Shown piece by piece: positions 7,544-16,750 of a stretch of 64,000 nucleotides of DNA. Position numbers and translations under genes: made by a program. The stretch spans positions 1,543 through 65,542 of the forward strand of contig CAIQZX010000011.1 in NCBI GenBank assembly GCA_903876445.1. The letters run 5' to 3'. The notes below the pieces were generated by a model. The model was given only the letters and a program-made list of their open reading frames with translations, had not been told where the DNA came from and did not search any database. The stretch's first letter is position 1. Every line of letters begins with the position of its first letter. Source of the DNA: an uncultured Pseudomonadota bacterium. GTDB lineage: Bacteria; Pseudomonadota; Gammaproteobacteria; Methylococcales; Methylomonadaceae.

Positions 7544-10147
7544 TCAAATTCGCTTTCCGCTCCAAGCCGGAAGTACAATCAAAGAACAAATCACCGTGAA
7601 AAATAAACCAATCGACAACAACAATCCCATGCTCGCCATGCCTTGATGATGTGTAAAGGACAAACTCGAGAAACTACACAACGTGGTGATTGAACTAAAA
7701 ATAATGCCGCGCGTTGTGCTGCTATGCAAAAGATTTTCATCTTCGTTTTTATTAAAATGCAACCGGTGCATAATCAGAATACTGCTATCAATCCCCATTC
7801 CAAGTAATAATGGTAGAGCTATCACGTTCGCAAAATTGAAGGGATTATTCAGCAATACATTTGTTGCGCCAGTTAATAATGCTGCCAACATTAACGGCGC
7901 AATAATAATCGCCATGTGTGAAAAACGACGATAAATCGCCCAAAGCAATAACGTAATGGCAGTAAATGCACCACCAAACGCTTGTAAAAAGGCTTTCACC
8001 ACTGCGCCCCCCCCCATTTCATTGGCAATCGGCAAACCCGAAACCGCATTGTCTACACTTTGAATTTGAGCGACAAATTCTTTCATATTCTCTTCAACGT
8101 TTTGATCTTTCGCAGGCGTGATTAAAACTTTATACAAGCCGTTTTCACTAACCCAATGCACACGAAGTTCATCGGGAATCGCATTCAAATCAAATGCTGT
8201 CGCACTTAAACTGGTTCGCAAACGTTCTAGTGTATAAGGTAATAATCCCAACACATTTTTTTCTAATTGTTTATAAATCGGCGATTCATCGTTGTGTGCG
8301 TGCAAAAAAACTTCAATATGACTTTGTAACTTTTCAAGCGTTTCGATAGGAGCGTTAGGCGTTTTGTCAGCAATCGCTTGTTTTAATTGTTCATTAAATT
8401 TAACCAGCGCAGCGCGTTGTTCATGATTTTCGGATAATGAAACATGAAAATTCTCAAGTTGATTACCTAACATTAAATTCAAATCATCGATAATCGCTAA
8501 TTTTTCATCCTGATTTTCAGCGACAAAACTGCTTAATGTAATGGTTTCGTGAACAGCAGAAAGTGTTTTCATTTTTGCGGCTAACGCATTCGCATCGTCC
8601 AAATTATTCGCTAAACCTGTTACGGCAAACGGCGAATCGTTTTTCGATTTTAATAAATCTTTAATTGTCGAAACCGATTCACTTTGTGGATCACGCAAGT
8701 TAATGGGATTCGCATCGAACGTTAAATTGGTTAATACGCCACACGCGCCAATTGCTAACAAAATTGAACAGATACGAATCGATTTCGCGTAATGAAACGG
8801 AAACGTGACAATAAATTGTGGCGCGAAAGCTGATTTAATGGGTTTGGGATTATTAACCGGCAAAATACAAAGTAATGCGGGTAAAACAGTGAGGGAAATT
8901 ATCAATCCAATAAAAATACCGCCACCGGAAATAATGCCTAATTCCGAAACCCCCGCATAATCGGTGGGAATAAAAGCTAAAAACCCTAATGCTGTCGTCA
9001 AAGCACATAAAAATAATGATGAACCAACACCGCTCATGCTGTGATGAATCGCATCCAGATTGGAATAACCCCGCGCTTTTCGTTCACGATAATATAAGCA
9101 AATATGCACCGCATAATCGACACCTAAACCAATGTATAAACTCGCAAAGGCAATAGAAATTACGTTTAAATGTCCAACCGAAATTGCGGCAAAACCCGCC
9201 GTTAAAATCAACCCCATAATTAACACGATGTAAGTAATCACTAGCAATCGCAAAGAATGAAAACCAATCCATTGCACAGCGAAAACTAAAATTAACGACG
9301 CTACGCCGGCAAATGTCGCTCCATTACTAACACTTTCGAGTTCTTCATGTTCTAACGCACTTTCACCCGTAATTCGAATTCGAACATTCGGATTTTCATT
9401 CATGATTTGATTAGCCGCTTCATGGGCAGCGTCTTGCGCGGCATCGACAGGCAACATCTCATCAAAATGCACGACCGGTTTTGCCACAATTAAAACGCGC
9501 TTTGCATCATCATTAAGTTTGTTATTCGCTAATAATGTTTGCCATGAAAGCGATTCGGATTTGTTATCCCGTTGTGCGTTAATCGTATTATCGACAGCAA
9601 GCAATAATGGATTTAAATCCATCGGTAACGTATTTTGTTTTTCATTTAACGCTTGTTGAATAATGTCAAACAAACCATCAAGCGAATAATTTTGCGCTAA
9701 ATGCCCAATAAACGGTTGTGCGTCGGTGAGTTGTGTCGCAACTATTTCTAAATCAGCAGTATCTAAATACAACAATGCTTGCTGACGAAAAAAATGATTG
9801 TCGTTTGGAATATAAACGGATGCAAAACGGTCAGGTTTTGCACGAAGTGAATCAACCAGTTTTGCTGCACTTTGCGTCGCTTCTTCAGGCGTATTCGCAT
9901 CGACAACAAATAACGTCGTATAAGCATCTTGCGGAAATGCTTCATCGATTCGACGTTGATTTTGCTGAAAAGGCAAATCTGGTGACAACATTTCAGCGGT
10001 GTTGGTATTAACAGTTAAATGGTTATAAACATAATAACTCGTGCCAGCGCAAAGAAATAATGCCGCTAAAACAACAAACCACGGGAAATGAACAATTTGC
10101 TTTTCGCACCAATGCGAAAGATGAGACAAAAAACGGTTGTGTTTCAT
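7544..10147 (-). CDS. hpnN: RND/MMPL-superfamily exporter, HpnN-like (putative hopanoid transporter)
   Basis: About 867 aa with two blocks of about six TM helices, each preceded by a large soluble loop, which is the MMPL/HpnN topology. A hopanoid gene cluster is in the same window. ATG 10147 (MKHNRF) is preferred over the TTG at 10162. Confidence 0.65.
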   Translation of the reverse strand: MKHNRFLSHLSHWCEKQIVHFPWFVVLAALFLCAGTSYYVYNHLTVNTNTAEMLSPDLPFQQNQRRIDEAFPQDAYTTLFVVDANTPEEATQSAAKLVDSLRAKPDRFASVYIPNDNHFFRQQALLYLDTADLEIVATQLTDAQPFIGHLAQNYSLDGLFDIIQQALNEKQNTLPMDLNPLLLAVDNTINAQRDNKSESLSWQTLLANNKLNDDAKRVLIVAKPVVHFDEMLPVDAAQDAAHEAANQIMNENPNVRIRITGESALEHEELESVSNGATFAGVASLILVFAVQWIGFHSLRLLVITYIVLIMGLILTAGFAAISVGHLNVISIAFASLYIGLGVDYAVHICLYYRERKARGYSNLDAIHHSMSGVGSSLFLCALTTALGFLAFIPTDYAGVSELGIISGGGIFIGLIISLTVLPALLCILPVNNPKPIKSAFAPQFIVTFPFHYAKSIRICSILLAIGACGVLTNLTFDANPINLRDPQSESVSTIKDLLKSKNDSPFAVTGLANNLDDANALAAKMKTLSAVHETITLSSFVAENQDEKLAIIDDLNLMLGNQLENFHVSLSENHEQRAALVKFNEQLKQAIADKTPNAPIETLEKLQSHIEVFLHAHNDESPIYKQLEKNVLGLLPYTLERLRTSLSATAFDLNAIPDELRVHWVSENGLYKVLITPAKDQNVEENMKEFVAQIQSVDNAVSGLPIANEMGGGAVVKAFLQAFGGAFTAITLLLWAIYRRFSHMAIIIAPLMLAALLTGATNVLLNNPFNFANVIALPLLLGMGIDSSILIMHRLHFNKNEDENLLHSSTTRGIIFSSITTLCSFSSLSFTHHQGMASMGLLLSIGLFFTVICSLIVLPAWSGKRI

Positions 10148-10394
10148 GAATAATAAAATCAAGTTTAAACCGTAAATTATAATTGTGAATCATTGATAAG
10201 AATAGTTACGAATGTTGATAAGAAAAAGTGAACGATTATTTTTGCGTTTGTTATTTTCGTTTTCGCATCCTCCTCGAAGTTTTTATGATGAAAATCTGCA
10301 ACTATTTTGTGAAAATTTGTTACCTTCAATTTTACACGGTAATAAAAAGTCGTATAGAATTGAAATGTTTTAGTCAAAATTGAGAAAAAGTGCT

Positions 10395-11894
10395 ATGAAA
10401 CGAAAAAAGAGTTATGCCCTATTAGCTGTATTTTTATCACTGAATGGTTGCGCGACATTTAGATCTTATAATTCAGAAACGCAAACGCTTGTTTCAAATC
10501 TTGAAACGGGTCAAGTTGATCAAGCAATCAGCCAGCATGAAACAAAGACGGGTTCAGATAAAGATTTGCTTTATTTCATGGAAAAAGGCGAATTACAGCG
10601 TTTGAAAAAACTTTATCCAGAAACTATTGCAACCTGGACAGAAGCCGATCAAATCATCGCGCAATGGGAAAGTGAAGCCAAAATCAGCGGTGCGAAAGTG
10701 AGCGGCGCAGTGGTTTCAGTTGTGGTAAATGACAAATTCCGTCGTTACGACGGCGAAGATTATGAAAAAGTCATGCTTTCAACTCGCCTTGCGCTGGCGT
10801 ATTTAGCCGCAGGCAAAACCGAAGACGCATTGGTTGAAATTAAAAAAACATGGGAACGCGAAAATTTAATTAAGACGCTACATGAAAAAGACATTGACGA
10901 AGCCGAAAGTACAGCCAAAGAAAAAGGCTACAAAACAAAATCGGAAGATTTAAAAGGCTATCCAATTGCCACGCTTAATAGTCCCGATGTCACCAATTTA
11001 AAAAATGGTTATCAAAATGCGTTTAGTCATTATCTATCCGGATTTTTATACGAAGCAGCGGGTGAAGGAAGTTTAGCTGCGGCAAGTTATCGCGCCGCCA
11101 TTGAACTGCAACCGTCTTTAGGTGTTTTAAAAGACGGTTTGATTGGTATGGATAATCGTTTTTCGAGTACCGCAATGCCTGCGGTTGCAAAATCAGAGAA
11201 ATCGACATTACCTTTGACAAAAGCCGCTGCAAAAAAATCTAAATCCAGTAAAAAATCGAAAAAATCAGCAAAACAAATCACTGTAGCTCCGATTGTTGAA
11301 CCTGTCAAAACATCGCCATTTATTGCACCATCGAATGAAAGTGATGTTTTATTCGTTGTAGAAACAGGTGTCGCACCGTTTAAAAAATCCATCATGATTC
11401 CGTTGCCGATTCCTTATGCGGGCGTTGTGCCAATTTCTTTCCCCGTTTTAGAAAGTAATCCTCTTTCAGCAAATCGTGCGGTTTCACTTACTTTGCCAAA
11501 TAATTCAACCTCGCCATTAACAACAATCGCGAGCATTGAAAACTTATCGCGTCGTTCACTCAAAGATAATTTGCCTTGGATTATGGTTCGAGCGGCAATT
11601 CGAGCAGCAGTTAAAGGCGGGGCGCAAGCTGCTGTTTATCAGCAAAATGCCCTCGCAGGTTCTGTATTAAACGCGGCTAATGTTGCAACAGAACAAGCTG
11701 ATGAGCGTGTTTGGGGGTTATTACCCGCTGAAATTACCATTTCGCGTGTAAAACTTCCAGAAGGGTCATCAACTGTGAAAATCCAAACTACACATGGGAT
11801 TAAAGAGGTTTCTGTGAATGTTTCTGGTAAGCACGTTGTTATTCCAATTCGTGTGCTCGGAGATTCAATTTATAACTTGCAAGCAAGTTTATAA
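10395..11894 (+). CDS. Lipoprotein with TPR-like N-terminal half (COG3014-like)
   Basis: MKRKKSYALLAVFLSLNGC carries a lipobox. The N-terminal half is helical-repeat and there is a K/S-rich linker (KKSKSSKKSKKSAK). It is the first gene of a lipoprotein string that contains YcfL- and LpoB-like genes. The family call is from memory only. Confidence 0.45.
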   Translation: MKRKKSYALLAVFLSLNGCATFRSYNSETQTLVSNLETGQVDQAISQHETKTGSDKDLLYFMEKGELQRLKKLYPETIATWTEADQIIAQWESEAKISGAKVSGAVVSVVVNDKFRRYDGEDYEKVMLSTRLALAYLAAGKTEDALVEIKKTWERENLIKTLHEKDIDEAESTAKEKGYKTKSEDLKGYPIATLNSPDVTNLKNGYQNAFSHYLSGFLYEAAGEGSLAAASYRAAIELQPSLGVLKDGLIGMDNRFSSTAMPAVAKSEKSTLPLTKAAAKKSKSSKKSKKSAKQITVAPIVEPVKTSPFIAPSNESDVLFVVETGVAPFKKSIMIPLPIPYAGVVPISFPVLESNPLSANRAVSLTLPNNSTSPLTTIASIENLSRRSLKDNLPWIMVRAAIRAAVKGGAQAAVYQQNALAGSVLNAANVATEQADERVWGLLPAEITISRVKLPEGSSTVKIQTTHGIKEVSVNVSGKHVVIPIRVLGDSIYNLQASL

Positions 11895-11955
11895 AATCCA
11901 ATGCGAAGTGATTTGTAAAAATTGCTTCGTTTTTTTAGCTTTTTGAGAGATTTTT

Positions 11956-12357
11956 ATGAAAAATAAAAATGCTTTTTTCAAATCAGCAAGTGCTTGCGCT
12001 CTGATTTCTGTTTTATTGGTAGGTTGTGCAACTCCACCACCACTTCCACCGCCACCAAATTCTGCAGCGGCAAAAATAATGTATCTTGGTGATTTGTCTT
12101 ACATTTCAGTGAATGATTTGCGTATGAGTGCGACAAATAATTTTTCTATTGTGAATGCCGATGTTGTTAATAACAGCAATGATTACACAGCTATTGAATA
12201 CCGTTTTCAGTGGCGCGACAAAGGCGGAATGGTTGTTGGTACAGAAGAAGAATGGAAAACATTGTCGCTATCACCAATGCAAACACAGCGTATTAAAGGT
12301 TCTGCAACCTCAAAATATGCGGTGGATTTTAAACTTGAACTAAAAAGTAAAAACTAA
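11956..12357 (+). CDS. ycfL: YcfL-family (DUF1425) lipoprotein
   Basis: It has a lipobox (LLVGC) and a proline run. The IEYRFQWRDKGGMVV...WKTLSL pattern matches the YcfL signature Y+F.W.D..G. It lies immediately upstream of an lpoB-like gene, as in E. coli. Confidence 0.65.
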   Translation: MKNKNAFFKSASACALISVLLVGCATPPPLPPPPNSAAAKIMYLGDLSYISVNDLRMSATNNFSIVNADVVNNSNDYTAIEYRFQWRDKGGMVVGTEEEWKTLSLSPMQTQRIKGSATSKYAVDFKLELKSKN

Positions 12358-12369
12358 GGAAATAAAATT

Positions 12370-13005
12370 ATGAATGCAAAACGTACACACATTTTAGGTT
12401 TAGCAATCGCATTAACCGCAACGCTTGGCTTTTCTGGCTGTGCTTCAACTTCAAATAAACCTGCTTTTTCTTCTGGTAACGTTGCTTATGGCGATACCGC
12501 TGTTCAAGAAAACTTAACAAATGAAATCAGTTCAAATGATTTTACAAAGCTGTCTAAATCAATGACTGATTCATTATTAACCAGTGCGTTAATTCGGAAT
12601 AGTAACGAAAGAAAAAAACCAACCGTTACAATTTCACAGGTTAAAAATAAAACCAGTGAACATATCGATACTCGCACGATTACAAACTCAATCGAAAATC
12701 AGCTTATGGCATCTGAAGCGGTTGAATTTGTATCGGATAGAAGTGAAGATGAACTCGTGCAATTAGAATTGCAAAGACAAACACAATCTGGTGAATACAA
12801 AGCATCAAAAAGCGCAAAATCAGGTCAAGCCGAGGGCGCAAAATATATGCTGATGGGTGAAATATCATCGATTGTCAAAAATGCGGGAGATATTAAAAAC
12901 ATTGACTATATTTTGCAGTTAAAACTTATCGAAGTTGAAACTAGAAAGAAAGTTTGGGCAGCTGAAGATAAAATCCGCAAAACATCAGAACGTCCTACGT
13001 TCTAG
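12370..13005 (+). CDS. lpoB: Penicillin-binding protein activator LpoB-family lipoprotein
   Basis: It has a lipobox (GFSGC). By eye it aligns to E. coli LpoB: KPTVTISQVKNKTSEHIDTRTITNSIENQL...FVS and GAKYMLMGEISS...LQLKLIEVETRKKVWAAE. Confidence 0.7.
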   Translation: MNAKRTHILGLAIALTATLGFSGCASTSNKPAFSSGNVAYGDTAVQENLTNEISSNDFTKLSKSMTDSLLTSALIRNSNERKKPTVTISQVKNKTSEHIDTRTITNSIENQLMASEAVEFVSDRSEDELVQLELQRQTQSGEYKASKSAKSGQAEGAKYMLMGEISSIVKNAGDIKNIDYILQLKLIEVETRKKVWAAEDKIRKTSERPTF

Positions 13006-13014
13006 GTCGTAAGA

Positions 13015-13938
13015 ATGAAAATTTTAGCAACATTTTTTGCTGGTTTAGTTTTCGTTAGTCCTGTAATGGGAAAATCCATTGCAGTCACTGATTTGGCTTA
13101 TTCAGAAACAATTAACGAATATATCCATGACATTGACTATCACAATGACAGCCAATTATCAGCATCAGCAAGCTCCAAGTCTGCCGCCAATGGTTACATG
13201 GGGGCAGCCGAAAGTGGTTACGGCGGTGTTGCCGTAGATGGCTATGGTGGCGGTGCGGCAGTAGGTGGTCATAGCAGCGCAGTAGCGGCAGGTTATGCGC
13301 AATCGGCATCTTCTAAAAGTAAATTAAACGCCAGCAGTAAAACTGACTATCACGAACATGAGCACAGCTTTTCTTATGTTAAATATGGCGAATTAAAGCA
13401 ATTTACGAGTGATATTCGTGGAGCGTTAATCAATTCTCGCCAATTTACACTAACGCAAGGAAAAATTGCACCAACAAAGAGAAATGAAGCTGTTTATGAC
13501 ATTATTACTCGAATTAAAAAAGGTGATTTTCCTCATGCAGATTACGTTTTATTTGGCAGAATGAATGAAATGAGCTTTAACGACAGCACTTATCAAGTCA
13601 ATAATGGCATGACCAACGTTATTTTGAGCTTAACGCTGACAGCTGAGTTTAGCTTGATTAACACAAAAACTTACGAAGTGATTGCTAGTTTTAGCGCTAC
13701 AGGTGATGGACAAGACACAAAAATTGTAACACCTGGAACTTATGCTGCGCCGAATCGCCCAGCAGTAGTTTCACAAGTCTCGAAAAGTTTGGGACAAGAT
13801 GTTTTCAGACAAATTGAAGAACAAGTTTTTGATCAAGTTTCTGGTGAACCGAATGTAAACGCTAATTTTGATTCGCGCCAAAACAATGGCATTGAACCAC
13901 CGCCACAAAAACCACAAGGCGTGACTGTTTTTTATTGA
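13015..13938 (+). CDS. Secreted protein with a Gly/Ala/Tyr-rich linker and an LpoB/CsgG-like C-terminal module
   Basis: It has a signal peptide and a low-complexity stretch (GYMGAAESGYGGVAVDGYGGGAAVGG). The C-terminal pattern DIRGALINSRQFTL...ADYVLFGRMNE...LSLTLTAEFSLINTKTYEVIAS echoes the LpoB-fold pattern of the preceding gene. Confidence 0.35.
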   Translation: MKILATFFAGLVFVSPVMGKSIAVTDLAYSETINEYIHDIDYHNDSQLSASASSKSAANGYMGAAESGYGGVAVDGYGGGAAVGGHSSAVAAGYAQSASSKSKLNASSKTDYHEHEHSFSYVKYGELKQFTSDIRGALINSRQFTLTQGKIAPTKRNEAVYDIITRIKKGDFPHADYVLFGRMNEMSFNDSTYQVNNGMTNVILSLTLTAEFSLINTKTYEVIASFSATGDGQDTKIVTPGTYAAPNRPAVVSQVSKSLGQDVFRQIEEQVFDQVSGEPNVNANFDSRQNNGIEPPPQKPQGVTVFY

Positions 13939-13960
13939 AACGTGACAAATTTTGATGTTA

Positions 13961-13997
13961 AAAAAGCCCTAAAACGATACATTTTAGGGCTTTTTTT
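13961..13997. terminator. Bidirectional rho-independent terminator
   Basis: aaaaa-gccctaaaa-cgataca-ttttagggc-ttttttt forms a 9-bp perfect stem flanked by an A-run and a T-run. It lies between convergent genes. Confidence 0.7.
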
Positions 13998-14014
13998 CTA
14001 GCGGAAATTTATTT

Positions 14015-14311
14015 TCAGTCCGGCAATTTTAAATCTGCCGACATATTCCAAGGTGAAAATGGAAACGGTAAAATCTCCGTTCCGAAAGTTAAAAATAACA
14101 AAAGATGATAATCGTAAATTGCCAACCCACGCCCAAAACTCAAGATGTGAGCATTTTTTTCGCCTGACAATAAAACAAAAAATAATTGTAATAAAATAAC
14201 TGCCCACGCTAACCAGCGTACTAATGTGATAACAACCGCGAACAGCAGCATCACGAAAATTCGTTTCCAAATTTGTACTTGAGATAAATGCGTGTTGATT
14301 TGTTCTTCCAT
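14015..14311 (-). CDS. DUF4389-like small membrane protein
   Basis: 98 aa with two TM helices and a C-terminal ...LPFPFSPW motif, as I recall for DUF4389. It is tightly linked to the upstream gene by a 3-nt gap. Confidence 0.5.
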   Translation of the reverse strand: MEEQINTHLSQVQIWKRIFVMLLFAVVITLVRWLAWAVILLQLFFVLLSGEKNAHILSFGRGLAIYDYHLLLFLTFGTEILPFPFSPWNMSADLKLPD

Positions 14312-14314
14312 TTC

Positions 14315-15403
14315 TTAACCTCTGTTCATAATATCGCGTAAATCGAGAGCCGCCGCATTTGCCCGCGCAATGTAGTTAGCCATTGATAACGAATAGTTGG
14401 CAAATAAACCGTAACCACTACCGTCTAAAACCATAGGACTCATTGTTGGTGTTAAACTATTTTCAAGTTCACGAATCATAATATCAACAGTACGCATGGC
14501 ACGTTTATCAAGCAAAATATCGTGGAAATCGTGCTTAATTGCTCGCAAAATATGTAATAACGCCCAACTTGCGCCCCGCGCTTCATAAAAAACGTTATCG
14601 ATTTCCATCCAAGTCACTTTTGCAGCGACTTTATCGTTCGCCGCTTCAAGTTCCATTTCAGTCAAACCCGGTGCAAAGTTACTGCTCGACGCATTTGAAC
14701 TTAAACGGGTTGATAAATCACCTAAACGTTTAATCACAACCTCGGTGTATTGCCATAAGTTATCCGCACGCGAATAAAATTGCGCTTTTTTCGCCGCATT
14801 TGGATCTTTTAAGCGTCCCATATATTTATGTAATGCTTGAATTCCTTTTTCATATTCGGCTTCTGTAGCAGGTAATGCCCATGAATTAGGTTCGTAATAA
14901 AAATACGGTTCCGCGACTGCTAAATCTGGATCTTGTTCTGATTGTGATTGGTCACGAGCAAAATGGTTTCTTAACGCAGTTGTCGCATCGCGTAACATAA
15001 CCAATGCGCCAAATTCCCAACTAGTAATGTTATCAAGCAACACACCTGGTGGTGCAACGTCGTTGGTAATATAACCACCACTTTTATTCAGCAATGTGTC
15101 GGCAATATGTGCCAAAGTCGCTGAATAGGTATAACCCAAAGGTAATTCTTTCGCTAAAATTTCATAGCTTGGTGCAGAAGATGCGCCATGCTCACTTTCT
15201 TCCGTATTTTCAGCGTCGGGTTGTGGCTCTGGTGTAAGACCAGCTTGGGAAATCGCCGATTCTAAGATGTTAAATTGTTGAGGTTCTCGCCCCCACCACT
15301 GCGCGAGAACAAAGATAACGAAAACAACAATCGCGCCTAAAACGCCGACTATCCACGTTGTACCTTTTGATTTTATGTCTGATATTTTTTCGCTTGCCGC
15401 CAT
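14315..15403 (-). CDS. DUF2333 family protein
   Basis: It has an N-terminal TM helix followed by WWGREPQQF...GGYITNDVAPPGVLLDN..SWEFG...RDQSQSEQDPDL..AEPYF...FYSRADNL. These blocks match the conserved DUF2333 blocks as I remember them. Confidence 0.6.
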   Translation of the reverse strand: MAASEKISDIKSKGTTWIVGVLGAIVVFVIFVLAQWWGREPQQFNILESAISQAGLTPEPQPDAENTEESEHGASSAPSYEILAKELPLGYTYSATLAHIADTLLNKSGGYITNDVAPPGVLLDNITSWEFGALVMLRDATTALRNHFARDQSQSEQDPDLAVAEPYFYYEPNSWALPATEAEYEKGIQALHKYMGRLKDPNAAKKAQFYSRADNLWQYTEVVIKRLGDLSTRLSSNASSSNFAPGLTEMELEAANDKVAAKVTWMEIDNVFYEARGASWALLHILRAIKHDFHDILLDKRAMRTVDIMIRELENSLTPTMSPMVLDGSGYGLFANYSLSMANYIARANAAALDLRDIMNRG

Positions 15404-15492
15404 AATGTGAACCTTTTTAAGGAAATAGATTTTCTGCGTATTTGAAATTTAAAATTGTGGCGCATAGTAGCAGTTTTTAATGCTTTTTGCGC

Positions 15493-16398
15493 CTAGACAG
15501 ATTTTTTTTTCGCCCGAGGATGTGCGTTGTCATAAACATTCGCTAAATGTTCAAAATCCAAGTGTGTATAAATTTGCGTTGAACTGATATTACTATGTCC
15601 CAATAATTCTTGAACAGCTCGTAAATCCTGACTCGATTGCAAAAGATGACTTGCGAATGAATGACGTAATGCGTGTGGGTGAACATGTTGTGAAATCCCT
15701 TTCTTAATGCACCATTGTTTCAAACGATATTGAACGCTACGCTGACAAAGTCTATCGCCGTTTTTAGATAAAAAAACCGCTAATTCCAATTCATTTCGCG
15801 CTACACGATGCTGTAACCATTGTTGAATAGCTAAAATGGCTTTAGTTCCAATTGGTAAAATTCGAGATTTACCACCTTTCCCCGCTTGAACCCGCAAGGA
15901 TTTATCACTTAAATCTAAATCAGACAAATTCAAATCCACTAATTCACTCAAACGTAAACCAGAAGAATAAAATAGTTCAAACATCGCTAAATCACGCACT
16001 TCTAAAACAGAATCTGTCCCCGCATCTAACAAGCCACCGACTTGGTCAACATCTAATGTTTTAGGTAATTTTCGAATGGATTTAGGAGCTTTGACATATT
16101 GTGCAGGATTCAGTGTCACCAAATTATTTTTTAGCAAATAATTATAAAATCCACGCATTGCAGATAATTCACGTTGCAAACTTGTACTACTCAAACCTTG
16201 TCGATGACGATTCGCAACGTGTTGCCGAATGTCATTCGATTGTAATTCTGACCAATGCTCAATTTTTTGTTTTTTGCAAAAATCTGTTAAATGACACAAA
16301 TCCCGTTGGTAATTTGTCAATGTGTGAATAGACACCCGTTTTTCGATTTCCATTTGCGTAAAAAAATCGACCCGTTGTTTTTCCGCGAGGCTATTCAC
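15493..16398 (-). CDS. xerC: Tyrosine site-specific recombinase XerC
   Basis: It has the N-terminal SAM-like core-binding domain and the catalytic R..HxxR..Y set (ARVSEL-type SGLRLSELV, HALRHSFASHLL, GHSNISSTQIYTH). The dapF-DUF484-...-xerC context favours xerC over xerD. Its GTG start overlaps the upstream stop. Confidence 0.85.
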   Translation of the reverse strand: MNSLAEKQRVDFFTQMEIEKRVSIHTLTNYQRDLCHLTDFCKKQKIEHWSELQSNDIRQHVANRHRQGLSSTSLQRELSAMRGFYNYLLKNNLVTLNPAQYVKAPKSIRKLPKTLDVDQVGGLLDAGTDSVLEVRDLAMFELFYSSGLRLSELVDLNLSDLDLSDKSLRVQAGKGGKSRILPIGTKAILAIQQWLQHRVARNELELAVFLSKNGDRLCQRSVQYRLKQWCIKKGISQHVHPHALRHSFASHLLQSSQDLRAVQELLGHSNISSTQIYTHLDFEHLANVYDNAHPRAKKKSV

Positions 16399-16724
16399 TA
16401 TTTTGAACGCTTTGTGCTATTAAACGTGTATGAAGAAACAATGTTATATTTATTAAATCGAACGACTAAATCTTCAGAATTTCCATTGCCAAACAAACTG
16501 TAATTGTAATCACCATACGTCCATGTTTTCAACCCATTTTCAACGCCTGTGCGCCAAGGCGTGCCGAATAAATTGGTAATATCATTTTGCGTGCTTTCAC
16601 CAATTTTAATACTTGAAACTTGTCCAGCCGGAAATTCATGACCAACTGTCACACAACCCGATAATAATCCGGTGACAACTACCGTACAGAATATTTTTTG
16701 AACATTAAACATGATACTTTTCAT
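16398..16724 (-). CDS. Small lipoprotein, SmpA/OmlA (BamE-like) domain
   Basis: It has a lipobox (LLSGC). The pattern IKIGESTQNDITNLFGTPW....W.Y is typical of BamE-like domains. Confidence 0.45.
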   Translation of the reverse strand: MKSIMFNVQKIFCTVVVTGLLSGCVTVGHEFPAGQVSSIKIGESTQNDITNLFGTPWRTGVENGLKTWTYGDYNYSLFGNGNSEDLVVRFNKYNIVSSYTFNSTKRSK

Positions 16725-16750
16725 TTTTGCATTACCTGTGTTTCAAAAAT

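Noticed and set aside
10177-10377. A 66-aa minus-strand ORF in the hpnN/lipoprotein divergent intergenic region.
   Set aside because: It fills an AT-rich promoter region, has no Shine-Dalgarno sequence, and has odd composition. It is more likely regulatory DNA.
13998-14270. A 90-aa minus-strand ORF overlapping the DUF4389 gene in another frame.
   Set aside because: The alternative frame (14015-14311) gives a coherent two-TM protein with a recognisable C-terminal motif and tight coupling to the upstream gene.
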